This document shows, one piece after another, positions 1 to 9,837 of a stretch of 64,000 bases of DNA (its first letter is position 1; each line of letters opens with the position of its first letter). The stretch spans positions 41,652 through 105,651 of IMG/VR virus record IMGVR_UViG_2799112265_000002, one strand, 5' to 3'. The stretch is from a virus (Duplodnaviria; Caudoviricetes). Under the pieces are notes generated by a model. That model saw only the letters and a program-made list of their open reading frames with translations. It did no database searches and was not told the DNA's origin. A program made the translations under genes and the position numbers.

Positions 1-417
1 GAGGTCGTCATTATCGACGGCATCTACATGATGCAGGACGAACTCGGAGAGGCTCAGGGATCTCCGCAGGCGCTCACGAATCTCACCCGTGGGTTCAAGC
101 GCATGGCGAAGAACCGGCAGTTGCCCATTCTCATCTCCACGCAGGTCCTCGAATGGAAGATGAACAAGAAGAAGGGGATCACCTCCGACTCTATCGGTTA
201 TTCGTCTTCCTTCGCCCAGGACTCCGACGTGATTCTCGGTGTCGAGTCCACGGAGGACGCGAACATCAACAAGATCAAGGTGGTCCTGGCCCGTAACTGC
301 CCGCCGCTGGAGACCTACTGCCAGTGGGACTGGGAGACCGGCAAGTTCGAGGAACTGAACGAGGACCCGTTCGCCATGGACGAGGTGAACACCGATGGAT
401 ACGTCGGCGCCTTCTGA
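1..417 (+). CDS. dnaB: DnaB-like replicative helicase, C-terminal part (5' truncated)
   Basis: Walker B VVIIDGIY, ILISTQ, SSSFAQDSDVIL and KVVLARN match the SF4 helicase C-terminus; lies next to primase. Confidence 0.85.
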   Translation, partial: EVVIIDGIYMMQDELGEAQGSPQALTNLTRGFKRMAKNRQLPILISTQVLEWKMNKKKGITSDSIGYSSSFAQDSDVILGVESTEDANINKIKVVLARNCPPLETYCQWDWETGKFEELNEDPFAMDEVNTDGYVGAF

Positions 418-694
418 GCCCCGCCTGGTGGTCCTCGCCGGGAACTTCCGGGAGTTCCTGTTCTGGTGCCGGGAGAACAAACGAAACCCCCGTGACCGGA
501 ACCTTATCTACGCCAGCGAAATGCACCGCCTGCAAGGCCTCGGCCCTATCAGGTGGATCTCATACGGCACCGCCTATATGCGCCGCGACTACTGGGAAAT
601 GCGCCAGTACCTGAACTACCTGGAGAGGAGATACCAGTGCCCCGAGCAAAAGCCGGATGGGACGCAATCGGAAACCCCATCCCTGGAAACGTGA
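395..694 (+). CDS. hypothetical protein
   Basis: Compact ORF between helicase and primase with aromatic-rich, protein-like composition. Confidence 0.55.
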   Translation: MDTSAPSEPRLVVLAGNFREFLFWCRENKRNPRDRNLIYASEMHRLQGLGPIRWISYGTAYMRRDYWEMRQYLNYLERRYQCPEQKPDGTQSETPSLET

Positions 695-1599
695 CCGCGT
701 GCCTGGACACCCTGGAACTCGACTACAAGGTCCAGGGCGACGAAATACACATGCCGTGCCCCATGCATGAGGCGCGCACCGGAAAGAAAGACGCACACCC
801 ATCCTTTTCCATAAACTTCGACGAAGGGTATTTCAACTGCTTCTCCTGCGGATACCGCGGGGCCTTCTGGGTCCTCGTCCGCGACGTCCTGGACCTGGAC
901 GCGAGCGAGGCCAAGAACTGGGTCAGGAAGCGGGGCGGAGCGGAGCGCGTCCGGAAGTACCTGGAGAAGAAGAAGCAGCGCGCTGAGCAGGTCGACACGA
1001 CCAAGCAGATCAACGAGGCGTCGCTGGCCCTGTACACCACGCCGCCGCTGAGCGCCTGCGCCGAGCGGTTCTTCCTGCCGGAGGACGCCGAGACGTGCGG
1101 GGTGCTGTGGGATCCGGCCCGGGACATGTGGATCATCCCGGTCCGCGACCCCGACACCGGGATGCTGTGGGGCTGGCAGGAGAAGAACGAGCGGTACTTC
1201 CGCAACCGGCCGCCGGGCATGGCGAAGTCCAAGACGCTCTTCGGCTTGCACACCTACGACGACGACGTGGCCGTGCTGGTCGAGTCGCCGCTGGACGTGG
1301 TCCGGCTGTGGACGTGCGGGATCCGCGGGGGCTTGGCTTCCTACGGCGCCGGAGTCTCCGACGCGCAGATGTCCCTGATCCGCGACCACTTCGACACCGT
1401 CATCGTCGCCCTCGACAACGACGACGCCGGAGCGAAGGCCTGCCAGCGCCTGAAGGACGAGTGGACCGGCCGCGGCCTGACCCTCAAGTTCCTCGACTAC
1501 TCCGTGGCCCCGCACGCCAAGGACCCCGGAGACATGAACGCCGACCAGATCAAGGCCGCCGTCCGCGGCGCCTACTCATCCATCCTCGCCCGTTTCTAG
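637..1599 (+). CDS. dnaG: DNA primase (CHC2 zinc finger + TOPRIM)
   Basis: CPMH...CFSC zinc finger, VLVESPLD, ALDNDDAG, KDPGD; GTG at 637 follows GGAGAGG. Confidence 0.9.
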   Translation: MPRAKAGWDAIGNPIPGNVTACLDTLELDYKVQGDEIHMPCPMHEARTGKKDAHPSFSINFDEGYFNCFSCGYRGAFWVLVRDVLDLDASEAKNWVRKRGGAERVRKYLEKKKQRAEQVDTTKQINEASLALYTTPPLSACAERFFLPEDAETCGVLWDPARDMWIIPVRDPDTGMLWGWQEKNERYFRNRPPGMAKSKTLFGLHTYDDDVAVLVESPLDVVRLWTCGIRGGLASYGAGVSDAQMSLIRDHFDTVIVALDNDDAGAKACQRLKDEWTGRGLTLKFLDYSVAPHAKDPGDMNADQIKAAVRGAYSSILARF

Positions 1600-1646
1600 G
1601 AGCACACCGTGACGCTTAATACCTGCCCCCGCGAGGGGGACCCCCG

Positions 1647-1943
1647 ATGAAGGCACCCGAGGGCTACGAGCACCTGGGCCAGGAGTTCTGGGACCGCGTC
1701 GAGCCGGACCCGGACACCGACTGCCTGATCTACCAGTCCACCGCCACGCGGCCTTACTACCAGGGCAAGTCCCTGCTGACCTTCCTCACTGGAGGGGATG
1801 GCAGTCAGAAGCACAGGGCCTGCCGGCGTCGCATGTGTGCCAACCCTGACCACATCCAGTCAGGGCACTTCAACCCCGGCACCCCGTTCGCCAAGAGGCC
1901 GCGGACCCGGGGACAGTTCAACCGGCAGTACAGCCAGTGCTAG
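1647..1943 (+). CDS. degenerate HNH-like protein (zinc-binding loop)
   Basis: FWDRV...DCLI and HRACRRRMCANPDHI resemble phage HNH endonucleases. Confidence 0.6.
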   Translation: MKAPEGYEHLGQEFWDRVEPDPDTDCLIYQSTATRPYYQGKSLLTFLTGGDGSQKHRACRRRMCANPDHIQSGHFNPGTPFAKRPRTRGQFNRQYSQC

Positions 1944-3580
1944 CCGTCGACTTGCACGCGTACCAGGAGGAGGCGGTAGACCGCGCCGTCGAGCGCGGCT
2001 CCCTCCTGATCGCCTACGAGATGGGCCTGGGCAAGACCGTCATCGCCCTGGCCGCCATCGAGGAGCTGCTGGAGAAGGGGGAGGTGGAGACCGCGGTCAT
2101 CGTGGTGCCGGCGAACCTCAAGTACCAGTGGGCCAAGTCCATCGCCCGCCTCACCGACGTGCCGACCCGTACGGTCACGGTGCGCGAGGACGGGCTGAAG
2201 CAGGAGATCACCGTCCCCACGGAGGAGTACTGCGTCCTGATCGACGGCGACGCGAAGAAGCGCGCCGGGCTGTACGCCAAGGTCAAGACGCTCCGGCCGG
2301 AGTACGTGATCCTCGGCTACGAGAACGTCGTCAACGACTGGAACTACGTGAGGAGGATCAAGCCGGAGTGCATCGTCCTCGACGAGTGCACGGCCATCAA
2401 GACCTTCCGGGCCCAGCGCACGCGGAAGATCAAGAGGCTCACCGCGCCGTACCGCTTCGGCATGACCGGCACCCCGGTGGAGAACGGGAAGCCCGAGGAG
2501 CTGTTCTCGATCATGCAGTGGGTCGACGACCAGGTCCTCGGCCGCTTCGACCTGTTCGACAAGTCGTTCATCGTGAGGAACCGCTTCGGTGGTGTCCAGC
2601 AGTACAAGAACTTGCCGGTCCTGCACGCCAAGCTGGCCGAGGTGATGGTCAGGAAGACGCGCCTGGACGACGATGTGCGGCCGTACCTGCCCGAGGTACA
2701 GGAGTCCATCATCCCGGTCGTGCTGGACCCCAAGACGAAGAAGGCCTACAAGGCCATCTCCGCGGACCTGCTCGCCGAGCTGCGGGCGCTCGGGCCCAAC
2801 ACAGGCAACTTCGACTTGTTCGCCCACTACCACGGAGGAGACACCCCGAACGAGAACAGTCAGCAGGGCAAGATCATGTCTCGCATGCAGGCCCTGGACA
2901 TGCTGCTGAACCACCCGGACCTGATCGTCATGTCCGGGCAGCAGTATGAGGAGAGCCAGGAGGCACGCTCACGCGGCGCCGAGAAGAAGACCTGGCCCGG
3001 CTCGAAGTACGCCTACGAGGTGTGGCAGTCCGGCCTGCTCGACGAGGTCACCACGTCCCCGAAACTGGACGCCGTGGCGGCAGCGATCGAGGACATCCTG
3101 GCGGTGCCCGGCAACAAGGTGATCGTCTTCAGCGTCAACCCTGACATGCTCGACCTGATCGGGGACAGGCTGCCGGCGGGATCCTTCGTCACCTACACCG
3201 GCCGGATGTCCTCCGCGGCCAAGGCCTACGCCGCCCAGCGATTCGAGGCTGACCCGGACTGCCGGGTGTTCCTGTCCAGTCACGCGGGCGCCTTCGGCAC
3301 CGACCTGTACATGGCCAACTACCTGATCAACTACGACCTCGCCTGGAGCGCGGGTAAGCAGGACCAGATCAACGCCCGGCACAACCGGGCCAGCAGTCAG
3401 TTCCGGGACATCTACATCCTGAACGCCATCACCCAGGGGACCACCGAGCCGCGCAAGCTGTCGATGCTGGCGCACAAGCGGCGGGTCGGCTCGGCCATCA
3501 CGGACGGGCGCGGGGCGGATGAGAAGGGGCGCATCGAGAACGACGTGCAGACGCTGACTCAGTGCCTGGACGCGGCGTAA
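1937..3580 (+). CDS. SNF2-family helicase
   Basis: YEMGLGKT, VLDEC, MTGTPVEN and a C-terminal helicase lobe (NYDLAWS...QINARHNR). Confidence 0.9.
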   Translation: MLAVDLHAYQEEAVDRAVERGSLLIAYEMGLGKTVIALAAIEELLEKGEVETAVIVVPANLKYQWAKSIARLTDVPTRTVTVREDGLKQEITVPTEEYCVLIDGDAKKRAGLYAKVKTLRPEYVILGYENVVNDWNYVRRIKPECIVLDECTAIKTFRAQRTRKIKRLTAPYRFGMTGTPVENGKPEELFSIMQWVDDQVLGRFDLFDKSFIVRNRFGGVQQYKNLPVLHAKLAEVMVRKTRLDDDVRPYLPEVQESIIPVVLDPKTKKAYKAISADLLAELRALGPNTGNFDLFAHYHGGDTPNENSQQGKIMSRMQALDMLLNHPDLIVMSGQQYEESQEARSRGAEKKTWPGSKYAYEVWQSGLLDEVTTSPKLDAVAAAIEDILAVPGNKVIVFSVNPDMLDLIGDRLPAGSFVTYTGRMSSAAKAYAAQRFEADPDCRVFLSSHAGAFGTDLYMANYLINYDLAWSAGKQDQINARHNRASSQFRDIYILNAITQGTTEPRKLSMLAHKRRVGSAITDGRGADEKGRIENDVQTLTQCLDAA

Positions 3581-3787
3581 CTTCCAGGATCCCATGCAGG
3601 ACGTCGAGTGGTTGTAAAGGGTTTCCCGCGTGTCACTATCAAAGCATGCGAGAAGACCCACTCGACGTCCTGCTCCGTGAGGGGCTGGAGGACGTCATGC
3701 ACCCCCCGGAGGAGCAGGAGGACTGGGACCTGACCCCCGTCCGCCTGGCTCGTCGCGGTGCCGTCGCCGACCGCTGGTGAACGATGT

Positions 3788-3838
3788 AAAGCGGTTTCCG
3801 TAGATCCGTTGACAAGGGCATATGCCTCTCCGTAGAGT
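3788..3838 (+). promoter_or_regulatory. boxed sigma70/HrdB-type promoter
   Basis: AAAGCGGTT 3788, TTGACA 3809, 18-bp spacer, TAGAGT 3833. Confidence 0.75.
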
Positions 3839-3896
3839 CGACCTCACCAAGCAGGAACCGAACAGAGGATCGAATCGCTACGCAGGGGAGACGCAA

Positions 3897-4244
3897 GTGA
3901 CCACCATCGCTGAAGCACTCGGCATCGACTGGACCGCCCGCCTCTCGGACGAGTCCCCCGAGTACCGCCTGACCCACCACGCGCAGAAGCAGGCGCAGGC
4001 CAAGGGCTGGACGTCCCAGCAGGTCCTGGACGCCGCCAACCGCCCGCACCACACGTACCCCTCCGGCCGCGTACCTGGCCAGTACCGCCACGTGAAGGGC
4101 GACATCGTCGCCATCGTGGACCCCGTACAGCACCGCGTCGTCACCGTCTACCAGGACGTCGAGGAGACCGACCTCCGTCCGGACCAGACCGACCGGGACG
4201 CGCAGACCTACGCCAAGCGCCACGCCTCCCTCGGCTGCAAGTAA
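3897..4244 (+). CDS. DUF4258 / RelE-fold-like protein
   Basis: LTHHAQKQ...WTSQQVLDA...VVTVY pattern. Confidence 0.55.
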   Translation: MTTIAEALGIDWTARLSDESPEYRLTHHAQKQAQAKGWTSQQVLDAANRPHHTYPSGRVPGQYRHVKGDIVAIVDPVQHRVVTVYQDVEETDLRPDQTDRDAQTYAKRHASLGCK

Positions 4245-4344
4245 CACCTTCGAAACGCGTAATCGATATGGACTTCTGCAAAGACGTAATGGTAGAGTCG
4301 TATCTGCTCAACCGACCTACTACGTAGAAAGAGAGCCCCGCTCT

Positions 4345-4821
4345 ATGGCTACAGTCCCGAGACGAGCAACCCGACGCACCGAGCGCCCCATCTCCCTCGA
4401 CCAGGCCGCGCCCTGGGAGAAGACCCGGCAGTTCCTGGCCCTGAAGTTCCAGGAGGCCGACATCGTCAGCCGCAAGAACAAGTTGCGCGACGAGGTCTCC
4501 GCCCACGTGGACGCCAACGGCGAGACCGACGAGAAGGGCAGCAAGTTCTGGCGCCTGCCGACGCCCATCGAGGTCAACGGCCAGACCTTCACCGAGGTCA
4601 AGCGCGAACGCCGCGTCTCCCAGTCCCTCGACGAGGAGAAGACCGACGAACTGGTCACCGCCAAGGGTGTCCGGAACCGCGTCTTCAAGACGGTCGAGAT
4701 GGAGGTCCTGGACCAGGACGAGTTGTACGTCCTCAACCAGGAGGGCGTCATCTCCGACGACGAACTGGACGGCCTCTGGGTCGAGAACGTGTCCTTCGCT
4801 TTCAAGCCCATCCGCGGCTGA
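4345..4821 (+). CDS. hypothetical protein
   Basis: Clean high-GC3 ORF. Confidence 0.75.
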   Translation: MATVPRRATRRTERPISLDQAAPWEKTRQFLALKFQEADIVSRKNKLRDEVSAHVDANGETDEKGSKFWRLPTPIEVNGQTFTEVKRERRVSQSLDEEKTDELVTAKGVRNRVFKTVEMEVLDQDELYVLNQEGVISDDELDGLWVENVSFAFKPIRG

Positions 4822-4836
4822 CAGGAGTCCCACCAC

Positions 4837-5307
4837 ATGAGCACCATCGCCAACAGCATCGACCAGGCCTTCGCCGAGATCGGCGAGCAGTTCTACCCCG
4901 GCTCGACGCGCCCCTTGGTACGTCACCGGAACCGGCTTAATACCGAGGCCGCCCCGTCGGCGGCCGACCCCAGTGCCTGGGACGCCAAGCCGCGCAAGTA
5001 CGTGGTCGGTGGCGTGGAGACCGAGTTCTTCACCGTCGGCCAGTTGGCCCAGGCCCTCGGCCGGCAGCCGGTCACGATCCGGAAGTGGGAGCGCGAGGGA
5101 GTCATCCCGAAGAGCACCTTCCAGTCCCCGGGCCGTGACGGAGACGTCCGCGGCCGGCGCCGCCTCTACACCCGCGCGCAGGTTGAGGGCATCGTCCGCA
5201 TCGCGCACGAGGAGGGCGTCCTGGTCTCCCACCAGAAGCCCATCAAGGACACCCAGTTCACCCCCCGGGTGATCGCCCTGTTCGAGCGTCTGGCGGCCGA
5301 GCAGTGA
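4837..5307 (+). CDS. MerR/BldC-like helix-turn-helix DNA-binding protein
   Basis: FTVGQLAQALGRQPVTIRKWEREGVIP...RRLYTRAQV. Confidence 0.85.
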   Translation: MSTIANSIDQAFAEIGEQFYPGSTRPLVRHRNRLNTEAAPSAADPSAWDAKPRKYVVGGVETEFFTVGQLAQALGRQPVTIRKWEREGVIPKSTFQSPGRDGDVRGRRRLYTRAQVEGIVRIAHEEGVLVSHQKPIKDTQFTPRVIALFERLAAEQ

Positions 5308-5537
5308 GGGTCGTCAAGAGCGCCAAGCATCACGTGTCCATGGGGAACTTCGAGTGGGTGGAGTTCGGCTACGAGGTCGACATCGACTCCGACGACTTCC
5401 CCAAGGCGCGGTCCCTTGAGGACCTGGACAAGATCGCCACCGACCAGATCGACAAGGCCCTCGCGGCCGACATCGAAGAGGCCCGGCTGAACACCGCCGA
5501 GAAGAACTCCTACATCCACTTGTTCCGACAGGAGTAA
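5304..5537 (+). CDS. hypothetical protein
   Basis: GTGA overlap with upstream gene, typical codon usage. Confidence 0.7.
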   Translation: MRVVKSAKHHVSMGNFEWVEFGYEVDIDSDDFPKARSLEDLDKIATDQIDKALAADIEEARLNTAEKNSYIHLFRQE

Positions 5538-5539
5538 CC

Positions 5540-6013
5540 GTGCAGCCTGCTGAGTTCCCCTTCGTGGAAGGCGTCCACTACGAGGTAGCCGAGAACGGCT
5601 GCTGGGAGTGGCGGCTGACCCGAACCCCTCGGGGATACGGGCAGGCATGGGACGCACGGGTCAAGAAGACCCGCTACGCGCACCGGATCGCGTGGGAGTA
5701 CGCCAACGGCAGGTCCCTGGAGCCGAGTGAGGTGGTTCGCCACGACTGCGACAACCCTCCCTGCATCCGCCCCAAGGACCTGCTGGTGGGCACCCAGGCC
5801 GACAACCTCCGGGACATGCGCGAGCGAAACCGGCAGGCCCGTGGGGACAACCACGGCCGGGCCAAGCTGACCGACGAGGAGGTCGCTGCCATACGCGCCG
5901 AGTACACCGGCGCTCGCGGTGAGAAGACTCGCCTGGCCAAGAAGTACAACGTCCACAAGACACGGATCGGCCAGATCCTCTCTGGCGACCGACCTACTAA
6001 TCAGGAGAACTGA
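5540..6013 (+). CDS. HNH homing endonuclease
   Basis: CWEW...GYG...YAHRIAW...VRHDCDNPPCIRPKDL..GTQADN plus C-terminal HTH. Confidence 0.9.
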   Translation: MQPAEFPFVEGVHYEVAENGCWEWRLTRTPRGYGQAWDARVKKTRYAHRIAWEYANGRSLEPSEVVRHDCDNPPCIRPKDLLVGTQADNLRDMRERNRQARGDNHGRAKLTDEEVAAIRAEYTGARGEKTRLAKKYNVHKTRIGQILSGDRPTNQEN

Positions 6014-6015
6014 GT

Positions 6016-6828
6016 ATGCCCCGCACTCTGACCCGCCGCCGTACCGCCCGCGACACCGAGGCCTACTCGCCGGCCGACGAGCCGGAGGAGGAGCACGGCT
6101 ACGCCGACGAGGAGGATGAGGCCCCCACCCGCGGCTCCCGTCGCGGCGCCCGCCAGTCGCTTAATACCGAGGAGGCCGGCACCTCCTCCCGCCGTTCGCG
6201 GCGTCCCTCCCGCGACGAGGACGACGAGGACGACGAGCCCGCGCCGAAGGTCGGCGGAAAGGGCTGGGGCTCCTACGAGAAGACCAAGCAGGCCTCCTCC
6301 GGCTTCCCCGACAACTTCAAGGCGACCGGCGAGTCCGTCATCGTCCACTTCCTGGACGACGAACCGTTCCTGGTCTTCCTCCAGCACTGGATCGAGCGCA
6401 AGGGCAAGAAGTCCTTCACGTGCCTCGAAAGCAAGTGCCCGCTGTGCGACGACGCCGGGGACAAGCCGTCCCAGCAGGTGTGCTTCAACGTCGTCGACTT
6501 CACCGACCCCGAGGACCCGCAGATCAAGGTCTGGCAGGTCGGCCCGATGGTCGCCGACATCCTGAAGAACTACGCCAAGGACAAGAAGACGTCGCCGATC
6601 AACCGCGACGACCTGTACTTCTCGGTCCGCAAGGAGACCAAGAACAACAAGACCACCTACTACATCACGCCCGTCAAGGAGCGTGACCTCCTCGACGACT
6701 GGGACATCGAGCCCCTGGAGGACGAGGACCTGGAGGAATTCGACTCCAAGGCCTACGACGAGGGCATCCTCCAGGTCACCCGGCGCAGCGAACTCAAGGA
6801 CATCGTCCGGGAAATCCTGAACGACTAG
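6016..6828 (+). CDS. single-stranded DNA-binding protein (gp32-like, zinc-binding)
   Basis: QHWI...FTCLESKCPLC, acidic tracts, directly upstream of the polymerase. Confidence 0.7.
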   Translation: MPRTLTRRRTARDTEAYSPADEPEEEHGYADEEDEAPTRGSRRGARQSLNTEEAGTSSRRSRRPSRDEDDEDDEPAPKVGGKGWGSYEKTKQASSGFPDNFKATGESVIVHFLDDEPFLVFLQHWIERKGKKSFTCLESKCPLCDDAGDKPSQQVCFNVVDFTDPEDPQIKVWQVGPMVADILKNYAKDKKTSPINRDDLYFSVRKETKNNKTTYYITPVKERDLLDDWDIEPLEDEDLEEFDSKAYDEGILQVTRRSELKDIVREILND

Positions 6829-6908
6829 GCCCCCGCGGGGAGGCTCTGGCGCCAGCTCGGCGCTGGGCCTCCCCCTCAGCTTCCCACCCACCACCACCGG
6901 AGCCCGCT

Positions 6909-8885
6909 GTGCAGATCCGCAACTCCGTCATCCTCACCCCCGACCGACTTAATACCTTGGTCGAGCGCTTCATGGAGCGCCCGGCCTTCGCATTCGACAT
7001 CGAGACGTTCGGCGCCAACCGAAACGTTCCGACGCAGAACGTCGCCAACTGGATAAGCCTGGCCACCGACGGCGAGGCCTACGCCATCCCGTTCGGCCAC
7101 CCCAACGGCGACGTCCTGATCAGCAAGGCCACGCGCAAGAAGAACCGGCTTACCGGCAAGTTCGACGCCATCCCGGCCGTCTACGACGCCCCACCGGAGC
7201 AGATGCTGCCCTCCGAGGTGTTCAGCATCCTCAAGCCCCTGTTCTTCGCCGAGGACAAGATCAAGATCGCGCACAACGCGACCTTCGACCTGATCTCCAC
7301 GGCCAAGTACTGGGGTGAGATCTGCCCGCCGGAGTACAGCGACACCATCGTGCTCCAGTGGCTCCTCGACGAAAACATGAAGCAGAAGAGCCTCGACGCC
7401 CTGGTCAAGCGCTACTACAAGGTCGACTACAAGGACAACGTCGGTAAGTGCGTCGAGGCCCACCCCTTCTCCAAGGTCGCGCACTACGCGTACATGGACG
7501 CGAAGTACACGTGGCTGCTCTGGAAGCGATTCCAGAAGCAGATCCGGGAGCAGAACCTGACCCACGTGCGGCGCCTGGAGGAGGACGTCCTGGGTGTCCT
7601 GCTGGACATGGGCATCACCGGGGCGCCGGTCGACGAGGCAGCGATGCGCGAGCTGGTCCAGGACATGCAGGCCCGGCTCGTCGAGATCGAGGGCAGCATC
7701 TACCGGGCCGCGGGCAAGCAGTTCAACTTGAACGCCCCGGCGCAGAAGGCCGAGGTGCTGTACGCCCCGAAGAAGGACGGCGGCCAGGGCCTCAAGCCCC
7801 TGAAGCCGACCGACGGCGGGAAGAAGAAGCGGGACGCCGGCCAGGAGCTGGAGTGGAAGGACTTCAGCACCGACTCCGACTCCCTGGAGAAGCACCCGAA
7901 CAACCCCGTCGTCAAGGCGATGCTGGAGTACGCGGAAGTCAGCAAGCTGCTGTCGTACCCGGTGGCCTACCTCGGAGACCCCGAGGACAAGGACAAGCCC
8001 TGCCGGATCTTCGACGGCCGGATCCATGCCGACTTCGTCCAGTACGGGACGGTGACTGGACGATTCTCCTGCCGGGAACCCAACCTCCAGAACATCCCCC
8101 GGCCGGACACGGAACTGGGTAAGAAGATCCGCGGTCTGTTCATCGCGCCGCCCGGCTACAAGCTGGTCGTCGCGGACTACGGCCAGATCGAACTCGTCGT
8201 CCTCGCGCACTTCATCGGCCGCGGTGACCTCTACAAGGGGTTCCACCAGGGAGTCGACCCGCACTCGGCGACGGCCGCCGCGCTGATGGGTGTGGACCCG
8301 CAGGAGTTCATGCGGCGGGTCAAGGAGGGCGACCGAACCTGCATCGACTTCCGCCAGGTGGCCAAGGGCATCAACTTCGCCGTCGTGTACGGCGCGGGCC
8401 CGGACAAGGTGGCCTCGATGGCTGGCATCTCCGTCAAGGACGCGAAGAAGTTCATGGAGATGCACCAGAAGATGTTCCCGGAGATCTACCGCTTCAAGGA
8501 AGAGGTCATACGCGTCTGCCGGTCGCGCCGTCCTCCGCACATCCGGACGCTGCTGGGCCGCAAGCGGCGCCTGCCGCTCATCCTCAGCCAGAACAACGGC
8601 CTGCGGATGGGCGCCGAGCGTCAGGCAGTGAACAGCCTCATCCAGGGCAGCGCGGCCGACCTGATCAAACTCGCGATGATCCGGCTGAACAACTCCCTGC
8701 CGGACGACATGCGCCTGATCCTCTCCGTGCACGACGAACTCGTGACACTCGCGCCGGAGGACAAGGCCGAGGAATGCGCTGCGCTGGTCCGGGAGGCCAT
8801 GCTCGGCGAAGGAATCCAGAAACTGCTCAAGGTACCGCTCTCGTCGGACGTGAAAATCGTGGACCGCTGGTCGGAGGCAAAGTAA
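6909..8885 (+). CDS. polA: family A DNA polymerase with 3'-5' exonuclease
   Basis: FDIET, HNATFD, TGRFSCREPNLQNIP, ADYGQIE, KGINFAVVYG, SVHDEL. Confidence 0.97.
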   Translation: MQIRNSVILTPDRLNTLVERFMERPAFAFDIETFGANRNVPTQNVANWISLATDGEAYAIPFGHPNGDVLISKATRKKNRLTGKFDAIPAVYDAPPEQMLPSEVFSILKPLFFAEDKIKIAHNATFDLISTAKYWGEICPPEYSDTIVLQWLLDENMKQKSLDALVKRYYKVDYKDNVGKCVEAHPFSKVAHYAYMDAKYTWLLWKRFQKQIREQNLTHVRRLEEDVLGVLLDMGITGAPVDEAAMRELVQDMQARLVEIEGSIYRAAGKQFNLNAPAQKAEVLYAPKKDGGQGLKPLKPTDGGKKKRDAGQELEWKDFSTDSDSLEKHPNNPVVKAMLEYAEVSKLLSYPVAYLGDPEDKDKPCRIFDGRIHADFVQYGTVTGRFSCREPNLQNIPRPDTELGKKIRGLFIAPPGYKLVVADYGQIELVVLAHFIGRGDLYKGFHQGVDPHSATAAALMGVDPQEFMRRVKEGDRTCIDFRQVAKGINFAVVYGAGPDKVASMAGISVKDAKKFMEMHQKMFPEIYRFKEEVIRVCRSRRPPHIRTLLGRKRRLPLILSQNNGLRMGAERQAVNSLIQGSAADLIKLAMIRLNNSLPDDMRLILSVHDELVTLAPEDKAEECAALVREAMLGEGIQKLLKVPLSSDVKIVDRWSEAK

Positions 8886-9355
8886 TGGGACTGTTCAGCA
8901 GGAAGAACAAGGACGAAGACAACCCGCTCGACGCGCTTAATACCGACGACGACCTCCAGGTCGACATCTACACCCCGCAGATGCTGACCAAGCGCCTGGC
9001 CTGGGACATCGTCCCGTGCAGCGAGGTCGAGCGGCTGATCCCCCTCATGGGGCTCACCCCTGACAGCCCCGACGTCTCCGACATGGAGCACAAGGCCAGC
9101 CACGACAGGATCGACGCGCTCGCACCCCTGAAGGAAATGCTAGCGCTGTTCATCCCGATAGTTTCTGGCATTACCGCCTCGGCTATGCTGGTTAACTCCG
9201 GAAATTCCGTGGACGAGGAAACCGCAGCAGTTCTTCAGCGGCATCATTCCGTAGTCGTCCGCGCCGGAATTGTGGCGATCCTCGCCAATCTCCTCGACAT
9301 GGGAATCATCAGTTACGCGGATGGAGTGCAGTTCGGTGACGAACTTCTGGGCTAA
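8885..9355 (+). CDS. hypothetical protein
   Basis: ATG overlaps the polA stop (TAATG). Confidence 0.7.
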   Translation: MGLFSRKNKDEDNPLDALNTDDDLQVDIYTPQMLTKRLAWDIVPCSEVERLIPLMGLTPDSPDVSDMEHKASHDRIDALAPLKEMLALFIPIVSGITASAMLVNSGNSVDEETAAVLQRHHSVVVRAGIVAILANLLDMGIISYADGVQFGDELLG

Positions 9356-9794
9356 CAAACTGGGGGCGGCCACTCGACCGGCCGCCCCGGCCCCGGCCCC
9401 TGCGCCGGTACAGCAGCAGCCGCAGGGCGGAGCCTGGTGGAAGCCGCAGCCGACAGCGGCCTACCCCACCCCGCCCCAGCCCCAGCCCCAGCAGACAGTG
9501 CCACTTAATACCGAGGGCCAGGCACCGGCCCGCGCAATGGTGGCCAAGCAGGACACTCACTGCCCTGACTGCGGAGGCTCGAACTACTTCAAGCCGGTGG
9601 GCATGCACAACGCCATGTCGCAGTGCTACGAGTGCGGCTACAACCCGCGCTTCCAGCAGTCGACCGCCGGCCTGCCGTCTGGCAGCGGAGGAGACGGACC
9701 CGCCACGCCCGCCAAGCAGGTCGCCTCGGGCGGTCTGGGCGGCCGGAGCAACTACAACCCCGGCGCCATCATCCGGCCCGACGGCTCGGTCTAA
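9336..9794 (+). CDS. zinc-ribbon protein with Pro/Gln-rich N-terminus
   Basis: CPDC...CYEC. Confidence 0.7.
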   Translation: MTNFWANKLGAATRPAAPAPAPAPVQQQPQGGAWWKPQPTAAYPTPPQPQPQQTVPLNTEGQAPARAMVAKQDTHCPDCGGSNYFKPVGMHNAMSQCYECGYNPRFQQSTAGLPSGSGGDGPATPAKQVASGGLGGRSNYNPGAIIRPDGSV

Positions 9795-9837
9795 GCGCCC
9801 TCCTCCCTGATCATCACGACTGAACGGAATTACCCCG

